A program made the translations under genes and the position numbers. The notes below the pieces were generated by a model. The model saw only the letters and a list, made by a program, of their open reading frames with translations. It ran no database searches and was not told the origin of the DNA. A stretch of DNA of 52,196 nucleotides, the filler included, from Basidiobolus ranarum (lineage: Eukaryota): the NCBI GenBank assembly GCA_040143965.1. It is 2 parts of 2 records of this genome, joined end to end, with 100 filler letters (N's around TTAATTAATTAA, not from the genome) between each part and the next. Parts side by side here need not be neighbours in the genome. Positions count along the whole stretch, not along the records: positions 26,176 to 52,196 come from JASJQH010007012.1; 1 more part is not named here. The stretch is one strand, 5' to 3'. How positions within the stretch are numbered: the first letter of the stretch is position 1; each line of letters begins with the position of its first letter. Below, in pieces: positions 26,381 through 35,394 of this stretch.

Positions 26381-27186
26381 ATGTCGTCAGAAACTAATGT
26401 AACCAAGTGATAAATTGTTAACAAAATTTAGATCGAGTTCTTAATCGAGCATTGCTTTGGGCAGTAAAAATGGAAAAGTAAATCTACTATAAAATACCAT
26501 GATAACAATATTTGGAGATATTTCACATGCGACTGTTCATATGCGACGGTTATATAAAACGAATGAGATATAGCCAGTGCTCACCCCCAAATTCGGTTCC
26601 TGGCATAAATAAACAGTATTGCTTAGGATTAGGGATGAGTACCTCGAACAAACAATAGTCAGGTTAGGAAGTGTCTATAAGTGTTAACCAAGTTGATTCT
26701 ACTATGTATGGTGGACGAATCAAATATGGGCGAATCAAGTATTCTCCGAAAGCTTCCAAAAGTATCAACAATGAGTCAAAAACTCTCCGATAAACCCCAA
26801 GAGAATCAATAGACTTGGCCAATCAAGTGAAATTTCATTCACTGAATACCCTGGAAAATCAGTAACAAGTCATATTACCGCATTCGAAGAAACTCAATTA
26901 GTAAGACAATGGCTACACCTGATAGCTACACCTGATAGCTACACCCAATAAGGTTTTAAGTGAGACTATCGACTATAGAAGGCGTTGGCCTCTCGATATT
27001 GGTGGAGAAATCTAGTTCTTTCTCTTATTCATGGGCTATGTCCTTGTAGCAAAGCACAAAAGCATTTCTGGAATATTTGGGTATTTGAGTGGTTAATTAC
27101 TAATGCAGTGATCCTCTTTACTACCATCAATCCAACAAACAGAGCACACCTGTATAAAACGGTTATTTAAATCAAGCCTCAACGAT

Positions 27187-28200
27187 ATGAAGGTAATTCA
27201 ACAAAGAAGCGCTGGGACTAGCTCCACCCTAGAAGAAACAAATGCTCCAAAGCCTATTCCAAGTGGTACCGATATCTTGATTCGCAATTGGGCAGTTTCC
27301 GTTAACCCTGTCGACAACTTGGCACGTTCTGGAGGGTTTAATCACCAATTCCCCATGGTACTCGGTTGGGATGGATCTGGTATAGTGGAGGCAGTCGGAG
27401 AGGAGGTAAAACAGTATAAAGTCGGTGATGAAGTTATGTACGCAGGTTCTATCATTCGTCCGGGCTCCAACTCTGAGTTTACATTAGTTGATGAAAGAAT
27501 TGTCGGTAGAAAGCCAAAAACGCTTTCATATACTGAGGCAGCAGGGCTTCCTTTAACAACTTTAACCGCCTGGGAAGCACTTGTTGAGCAACTTTCAATT
27601 CCTATTCCAGATGAAAACGGAGTCAAAAACCCCAAGACTCTCTTGATTATCAACGGAGCTGGTGGGGTTGGTTCAATTGCCACGCAAATAGCATTGAAGG
27701 TTTTGAAACTGGAGAATGTCATTGCTACTGCTTCACGTCCAGAAACTCAGGAATGGTGTAAAAAGATGGGAGCTACACACGTTATAAACCATCATGATGA
27801 ACTCAAGCCTCAACTTGACTCACTTGGGTTAACAGTGGACTATATGTTCATCTGTCATTCTACCCAAAAATACTTACCCATTGCCCAAAATATTGTCAAT
27901 CCATTTGGGAGAATAGTAAGCATCGTCAAAGATTCGGCGACACTACCATTCACCGACCTCAGTAGAGCTTTGACCTTTTCCTGGGAAAATATGTTTGCCA
28001 AAAGTATATTTAATCACGATATGATCTCACAATCTGTAATTTTGAATCGAATTGCCGAGTTGATTGATGCCGGAACTATTATACACACTGTTACCGAAAC
28101 CTCAGAATTCTCATCAGATGCACTTCTGACTGCTTTGAAGAAAATAGAAGCTGGTTCTGTCATAGGAAAGATCACCCTAGATATGAAGAACTGGGCGTAA
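27187..28200 (+). CDS. MDR-family quinone oxidoreductase-like protein, intronless
   Basis: SVNPVD, VLGWDGSG, VDERIVGRKPK, AAGLPLTTLTAWE, NGAGGVGS nucleotide-binding loop, ATASRPET, GKITL. Classical ADH zinc ligands are not evident. Confidence 0.92.
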   Translation: MKVIQQRSAGTSSTLEETNAPKPIPSGTDILIRNWAVSVNPVDNLARSGGFNHQFPMVLGWDGSGIVEAVGEEVKQYKVGDEVMYAGSIIRPGSNSEFTLVDERIVGRKPKTLSYTEAAGLPLTTLTAWEALVEQLSIPIPDENGVKNPKTLLIINGAGGVGSIATQIALKVLKLENVIATASRPETQEWCKKMGATHVINHHDELKPQLDSLGLTVDYMFICHSTQKYLPIAQNIVNPFGRIVSIVKDSATLPFTDLSRALTFSWENMFAKSIFNHDMISQSVILNRIAELIDAGTIIHTVTETSEFSSDALLTALKKIEAGSVIGKITLDMKNWA

Positions 28201-29418
28201 AGAGCCGTTACAGTATAGCCAATCTAACTTTTATGAGCAAATAAAGAAATTTTCACTTGGGATATTTCAAAGAACAACTTCTGAATGAGGAGTAACTAAT
28301 ATGAGATTGTCGAAGATACTGGATATAGATCTATATAGGCTGAAGTCTCCCTAAAATACAGTTGAGTTTTCTGTCTCTGAAGAATGTAATGTGATCATAG
28401 ATTATAGCACTTTCTATTGGAATATTGGTGGAATAATCTACACTATAATCTACACTGTTTCTATTGGAATATTGGTGGAATAATCAATACTACGAAATAA
28501 TCCAGTGGTAATAAAGTAATTCATAGCCAAGAACTGGTATATCACATTCACACTGAAAGTTTGATGCTCTATATGCCGCATGCTATCAATACAGCACATG
28601 AGGAATGTCGCTAGATGAAATTCTTGTTAGGTTGCTAGCAATACTTACAAAAGCTTAGAATTGTCCATATTTATCAGAATGTTGCCAAGAGATTTCCGAA
28701 TACTAGTGATATCCATATATGCGGAAAGTCGATCTATTTCTATATCAAGGCATAAGAATGATCTGTTCATCCATGTGTGTATATATTCTGTGTATATATT
28801 CTGTGTATATATTCATGTGCGTACAACGAAACAACCTCAGTCATTGGGGGGCAAGTCAAGATGATACATATATTAGGAGCTTGACAATGTGTAAATATAA
28901 CTATCCCGCTCTATGACTCTTCAGCGATGGAGCCGCTAGAGACATTGATCACTGTGTTTAACCTTGAGGCGAAGTACACAACCATACTTCGCTTTACCGT
29001 GACCTCCACAGCTAACCGTATTTTGAATGACGTTACTTCAGCCGCAACTACCGCCAATCTTGACATTGAAGAGCTCAGCTTTAAAACTGGGTCATTGACT
29101 CTAGTGGTTATAGCAAATTGCAAAAATTGGGAAGAACTTTTTCAAAGTAGTGTATATGATTTACAACTAGGCAGCAACTCTGGCACCACTGACCAAAAAC
29201 CTTGAAAGTTGGTTATTTAGTTTATACTAAGTTGTATCAGACGTTGGCTACGAAGATTTTTTGTATATGTTCAACACCGACAGCGAAGCGGTTTTTTTGC
29301 TACATTATATAAAATATGCAAACTCCTGTTGAACTGATACTAGTAAAATTATACTATATGAATAATATAAATACTTCCCAAAATTCCGATTTTTATTTAA
29401 TATTACATTATTAGCAAT

Positions 29419-30663
29419 CTAGCAGGAACCAAAGCTAATCCAAACATTTGCCCCATTATTCCCTGGCTTATCATTCTGTGACCACCACTTCGCTTCCCAG
29501 AGTTGATTGTTGTAAATCACCTTGTTTCCTCCGTTGTATGCAACATTAGACTTCCATTCAGATGTGCCAGCACAGATGCCTGATCCTCCATCTGCGGTGG
29601 GCTTGGGTTCGTTGGTACTTGTAGATGTGGTAGGATTGATACTCTCAGTAGGCTTGGTGGTGCATGCGCCGAGGTCAATCCAAACCTTTGGTCCATTGTC
29701 TCCAGGCTTATCATTATGTGTCCACCACTTTGCTTGCCACAAGCGATCGTTATAAACTACTTTCTGGTCATTGTTGTAAGATACACCAGAGTTCCATGCA
29801 GGGGCGGTGTCACAACCATCGGACCCTACTTCAGTCGTGGGCGTAGGCTTGCTTGGCTCGGTAGTCTTGCTTGGTTCAGTAGGTTCAACAGGCTTGGTGG
29901 GTTCAGTAGGTTCAACAGGCTTAGTGGGTTCGGTAGGTTCAATAGGGTTGGTAGGCTCGGTAGGCTTGATAGACTCGGTGGGTTCTGGATCGGGCTTAGG
30001 TTCAACTGAATCTTCACCATCACTACCGTCATTCCCATTTCCATTGGTGATTTTGACTATTGGTCTGTTCTCAAATATATCTCTACCATCATAGCCACCA
30101 TTACTGAACTCAGGAATAGTGGGGTAACCTGGGAGATTGGCTACAGCAAGTTTAGGGCCACTGATGGATCCATTGGCATCGCCCTTAATCTCGATATCAG
30201 CACAATTCATGTAGTACTCTCGGTTTCCTACCTTATTGATCCAAGCCCATGCAAAGGTGGCTCTGCCACTTGGTGCTTCTGCTGGAATCTGAACATTGTA
30301 ATCGAGCGATGCGATCAAGCAGTCGTCATAGACATCTTTGAGGACAACGAAAGTACTATCATCATAAGAAATGGCAAACTGGCAATGACCTCCTTCATGC
30401 GTGGCACTGCCACCAATCTTCACTGCGATACTGCTCCCAGCATTGACACTCTGCACAACTCCACCTTGACCGTAGCCACGACAAGGATAAGGCCATTTGT
30501 CAGCGTTCAGAGGCGATACCATGTCGTAGTCGGGGTTACCAGTGTAGGTAGGATTGTACTTCGACTTGCGAGGTGGTGGCTGAACCATCTCCATATGACC
30601 AAATGCATACGGAGTCAAGAGCATCAGGGCAAGGGCTTGAAGAGCTAATCTTGAGGCGGACAT
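29419..30663 (-). CDS. Secreted AA11-type lytic polysaccharide monooxygenase with PTEP linker and two CBM5/12 chitin-binding modules
   Basis: Signal peptide MSASRL...YAFG followed by His1 (HMEMVQP); SPL..YPC; ATHEGGHCQ (second His); AWAWINKVGNREYYMNCADI; two W..Y....V.YN..LWxAKWW modules. Intronless. Confidence 0.9.
   Translation of the reverse strand: MSASRLALQALALMLLTPYAFGHMEMVQPPPRKSKYNPTYTGNPDYDMVSPLNADKWPYPCRGYGQGGVVQSVNAGSSIAVKIGGSATHEGGHCQFAISYDDSTFVVLKDVYDDCLIASLDYNVQIPAEAPSGRATFAWAWINKVGNREYYMNCADIEIKGDANGSISGPKLAVANLPGYPTIPEFSNGGYDGRDIFENRPIVKITNGNGNDGSDGEDSVEPKPDPEPTESIKPTEPTNPIEPTEPTKPVEPTEPTKPVEPTEPSKTTEPSKPTPTTEVGSDGCDTAPAWNSGVSYNNDQKVVYNDRLWQAKWWTHNDKPGDNGPKVWIDLGACTTKPTESINPTTSTSTNEPKPTADGGSGICAGTSEWKSNVAYNGGNKVIYNNQLWEAKWWSQNDKPGNNGANVWISFGSC
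29830..30005 (-). repeat. Coding tandem repeat (EPTEPTKPV-like, 27 nt) in the LPMO linker
   Basis: Repeated GGTTCAGTAGGTTCAACAGGCTT units on the plus strand. Confidence 0.85.
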
Positions 30664-32097
30664 AGTAATTACTGATAAATCGGTAGTGTTAGAACCTGTC
30701 TGTAAGAACAATGAGTATGATGAATCTAAGCCTGTAGATCTTTTACTGGTTCCACTGGTTGTAGCACTCATACTTATACTAGTCGATTCTTCAGCCATGC
30801 ACCTTCACTCCCTATTGTCACACGAATCGAAAATCAACTCCACAGCAACCATCTCTCCCCACACAACGCTACTAAGGGGAGATACCATTCTCTTCCAGGA
30901 GAAAGCCAACCTGATGGTTACACTGTCGTTGGGATTTTTTCACTGTGCACACTTTTACGATAAACTATCCATAAAATTCACCGGAATTGAAGATCTAAAA
31001 AAGCAGTCTATCCTTATCTGCGTAGTACCCAGTCCTACTGATATCTTTTTAGAGCTATATTTCCTATTTTTTGGGAAATTTCTATATCAAGACTACAAAC
31101 GACACCACCCTTGGAGGAAAATGAAGAGGGATACCAACGAGCTGAAGTGCGTAGATCCTGGACTATTCGCCAAACATACGATTTAATGGGCTCTAACAGA
31201 CTTTCTTAAGGATAGAAAACTTGGTCATTGTGCAGGGAACGTGAATAAGCAGTCACACATATGGCCAGATTACAGAATACACTTGAATGGTGATATTAAC
31301 TCAGCTTTTAGAATCACCCAATCCACAATCAAGCCTATCATCATGGTATATCATTGTGGTATATCCTGCACCACAGTCATTGGTTTATCGACATTTTCGA
31401 TGACTTACTTTACAGGCTGTCTATAGTGTCATGGATACAAATTATGCAAGTCAGGAGTCGGGGCATTATAGGATAGCACTGCGTAGGATTACACGAAAAT
31501 AGTACACGCTACTTGGTGGTTATAGAATTTTCCATACTGCTATCTAGTTTCATTTATCGGAATACACATAGAATTCCATTCCAGTTCTCTTTTTTGTACA
31601 GGGCATTTGCCTTACCCTTTTCACCCCCACTCGGCTTTTACCAGCCAACATCTTAAACGCGTTTAGTGACATTATGAAGTCCACTTCACCTACCACAGTT
31701 GCATAGTGACTTCAATGTATGATCTAGTACAATTACCTTTCTTTTTTTAGCCAGAGCGAAGCTCCTTTCGAATAGATGCCTTTTGTCAGATACTATCAGC
31801 TTATCTAAGACAAGGGTCAGGGGTATATAACGGCATCTATAATGCCAATGTCTTTCTATTACTCATCTTAGGGTTAGGGGTACATTTTCTTATCTTTATA
31901 TGGACTTACTCTAAATATGGGTTAGGGTTAGTAATGGGGTTTACTTTATATTAAAAATGCTTTACATGCCAATAGCATTATCCTCTGATTATATTAATGA
32001 GTAGGGCTAACATGGCCTTCTAGATCTCGAACGGCCTGACCAAGTCACATCCCAAGAATACTAGATCAATCTAGTTGCCATCTTAAACCTCCATTTT

Positions 32098-32142
32098 ATT
32101 GGCTTCATTCATATTGGCTTCACTCATATTGGCTTCATTCAT
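32098..32142. repeat. 15-bp tandem repeat x3, each unit containing ATTGG (CCAAT box)
   Basis: ATTGGCTTCATTCAT / ATTGGCTTCACTCAT / ATTGGCTTCATTCAT. Confidence 0.85.
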
Positions 32143-32740
32143 TTCTGTAGTCTGCATTCCTTAATTCTCTGCGCACGTGGTATTCGTGCTATTGTCGCAC
32201 TGTAGTTACTTGAATGAAAGTTGTAAAATTAAAGTATCATCCAAAATACTTGCAGTTACTAACGATTCTATAACCTAACCCTAATCCTTTAACCCTAATC
32301 CTTGGCTTGTAGTTATGGGCATCATTAATTAGATATAAATAATGGAAATACTGCTTATTAATGAGTATGTCAATTCTGCTTAGTTGTATACATCAGTTAC
32401 TGTAACCAGTACTGCGGATCGTATATTCAATGTGTTTTGCAACTCTTTTCGAAAGATTCATCGCCAATACACATAGAAATAGAAAATCCGACAGGTAAAA
32501 ACCAGTGTTTACTTCTAAACTCTGTTCAGATCTTATTCTTCCAGCTCCGATTATTGTCCAGGGATCTTGTTTACTTAGATACATGTGATTCTTCAATTGA
32601 TTAAACCATCGAAAACTACAGCAAAGCCATAATAATGAATAAATCACAATCATTTAATTTATGCTCCGTTCTATAATACTAGTAGTTGATGCAATTTGTT
32701 GCGAAAAGAATTTCTCCAAAATTGTCTATCGAATATCACC

Positions 32741-33811
32741 ATGACCTTTTGTAAACGTTTATATCCCAAAGTATTCCCTCAGATAACTTCTCTACACAAG
32801 GTACAACCACCAATTACCAAGAGGAATATACGATATGGATTATCTTTCATTAACAGTACTTTTGGTCGTCTTTCGAGTGAATGGAGATTAGCCCAACTTT
32901 CCGGTCGACGTGAATATTCGGTTAACCAATTTTCGAACTGTAATACTCCAACTCAACTTCGCTCACATATCAATCGATATCTTTACAAGCAACCACAGCC
33001 TATGTCTAGCTATATTGTTTCTGCTTTGTATTCGTGTAGTGATATGGCTGCCCATGCTAAAGACTCACCGCCCAAAAGAAAAGATGAAATAGATTCTTTT
33101 TTAAGTCAGGAAAAAAATGTGACTGAACAGATTTTTGAGATTGCCTCGGAACTATTTGCAAAGGTTAAAGATACGCCCGCCTTAAACCTTTCTGTATATA
33201 ATGCTTATTTAGAAGTGTGTGTAAATACCTGGCAAGTCGAGGAAGCATTTAAAGTGTACAAAGATATGCGACAGAGACGATACGTACCGGAGGTAAAAAC
33301 CTTTGAGTTGATGATTCTTTGCACTTTAAAAGCTCGTGATATTCACCAAGCGCTCGAAGCAGTTGAATTGGGTACTCAAGATATTTCCCATTCCATATAT
33401 ACTCGTCGTCGAATGAAAGTAGGAATGCGAATGGGTATTGGAGCTTTGTGTGGTGGCTGGTTAACCATCACATTAGGAATGTTACTTCCCAACGTAGCTC
33501 ATATTGAAGGTATGGGAGTAGCAGTAACGATTTTCTTTTGTCTACGCTCAGGTGCGACTGGACTTTTTTCCACCATACCCGTTATGAAAGCGGAACAAAT
33601 TCCCTTCGATATTCACACAAAATATAGGGTGAATATCCATGATAGTTTGATGGATGATATCTATAAATACTTCTATCAGTATTTGCTTCTTCACCTACCT
33701 TCTCATGGAAACAATCCCGATTTAAACCTAGTGACTTCAGATATGAAATCCAAGGGTCTATTAGTAGATGAGCGCAGTCTGGTTGATCTGAGAAAAAGAT
33801 TGTCTGGGTAA
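32741..33811 (+). CDS. PPR-motif protein with two predicted TM segments, probably mitochondrial
   Basis: Basic N-terminus; VYNAYLEVCVNTWQVEEAFKVYKDMRQRRYVPEVKTFELMI is a PPR motif; hydrophobic GIGALCGGWLTITLGMLL and GMGVAVTIFFCL. First ATG is 32741 (the track start is TTG). Confidence 0.75.
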   Translation: MTFCKRLYPKVFPQITSLHKVQPPITKRNIRYGLSFINSTFGRLSSEWRLAQLSGRREYSVNQFSNCNTPTQLRSHINRYLYKQPQPMSSYIVSALYSCSDMAAHAKDSPPKRKDEIDSFLSQEKNVTEQIFEIASELFAKVKDTPALNLSVYNAYLEVCVNTWQVEEAFKVYKDMRQRRYVPEVKTFELMILCTLKARDIHQALEAVELGTQDISHSIYTRRRMKVGMRMGIGALCGGWLTITLGMLLPNVAHIEGMGVAVTIFFCLRSGATGLFSTIPVMKAEQIPFDIHTKYRVNIHDSLMDDIYKYFYQYLLLHLPSHGNNPDLNLVTSDMKSKGLLVDERSLVDLRKRLSG

Positions 33812-35394
33812 AGACTATCTAGCCACCATATACATTCACAGTTAAACATAGCTCTACCATTCTTTGTTATCATCGTCATCATTATATAAAGCAAAATCTA
33901 CCAAATTAATTAGCGTAAAATTGAAAATATCTATATTTCCTGAGCATTGCTTGGAAGATAGTAAAGTTAATCATACGTGTATCACACCTAGCAAACAAGA
34001 CGGACATGGATGCTACTGCCGGACGTAGATCCCGTCACTGTCGGTATCTTTCCAGATTTGTATGATCGCTCAAGATTTAATATAAAGGATTTCGCTAACG
34101 AATAGAATTTGATCAATTATAAATACTGTGGGATCACCCAATAATATGTTCAAGTAAGGAGAAGGGTGAGTGAATTCCAAAGTGAGTGAATTCCAAAGAA
34201 AGCCAAAATTTTAACAATCGAAATAAATCGCGTAAAACTATATGTCGCCTCAAACAAATCAATTTCCAGATTTGGACTAGAGTAAACATTCCTCAAAATC
34301 TTAGAATTTGATCAGCGTCTGTTTCCTGAACATAACTCGACGGAATATTTTGTCATTCCTCCAATTCTACAACTGCCTCATTCTACCTAATCACTGCTGG
34401 ATCATGAGAGCTGATCGCCAAGTACAAATCTTTTGACGCAAAGATGGAGCATTTCCAGATTTTCTATCGACAAACAGCTTAAATGAACTTTAGGTTAGGG
34501 CCAATTGTGTTAACCTTCGATCCTTCCCAAGTAAAGAAGTCTTCCTGGTGGCGAGTGTTTACTGAACGATCGGCCTGTTCGGTTATTGGATCATGTTTGT
34601 GTTGTGAAAACTACCGTGCGTACCAAAATCTCTTTATGTGACGGAGGCTTGCTAAACCTAAAGAGCTGACCTTCAATATATAAGGATATTATCAACAGTT
34701 GATGACAAGCCCAAAGCTATAATAATAATATGAGAAAATCCTCGGTTAATCCGTATTTACAGTCTCCGCATCATCAGAGTCTCTCTTTCTAAACTCAACA
34801 GTTTCCGAAATCCAACCCTCAAATAAATCCATTCAATAATTGGTTCATGAAAAACTTTTAAATAGATTATGCATGCGTTTCTTAGTATAGTAGAGTTTAT
34901 GGAATTACGAATCCCCATTATTTCATCAATAACCTATATATCACTCATGCTATCAACAAAGCTACCCAACTTGGGCCTCTCACAGTGATGAATTTCGAGG
35001 ATATTCTCAGTATGGAACAAACAACCACATCCAAATGTGGTGTAGATGGTAAAAATATTCGAACCAAGTCGACTTTGGTAAATCAGTCACTTGGCTGTTT
35101 TGGAAACTTCTCAGAGTTCAAGTGTTGTCATGCAGTCCTTCGTCCAATATGGAAATACCACTACTGTTGACATATGCTTATCCCTCATCCAAGTAGGGGA
35201 ATATCCTTCTCAATTGAGCTCAAAACATCAAGAGCCAAATAGTTGGATCTAGGTACCGATATACCACTTTGGTACACCAAGGATGACCGATACAACTGCG
35301 CAAGGTGTCCTTCGGGGGTATATATAAGAGAGCAACAACCTCACTTGGTATAATCGTCACTAACAACAGTTGCATTTCTCTTAGGTTTGTAAAA

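Noticed and set aside
28927-29205. 92-aa ORF with a faint ACT-domain-like pattern
   Set aside because: No diagnostic motif or supporting exon structure; could be a gene fragment but cannot be supported.
30664-30798. 45-aa upstream in-frame extension of the LPMO
   Set aside because: The Met at 30663 begins a canonical signal peptide that yields His1; the extension would bury it.
30686-31186. 166-aa plus-strand ORF upstream of the LPMO, and similar intergenic ORFs at 10468, 12003, 48223 and 49861
   Set aside because: Often non-ATG starts, no recognisable motifs, and located in presumed promoter or UTR space.
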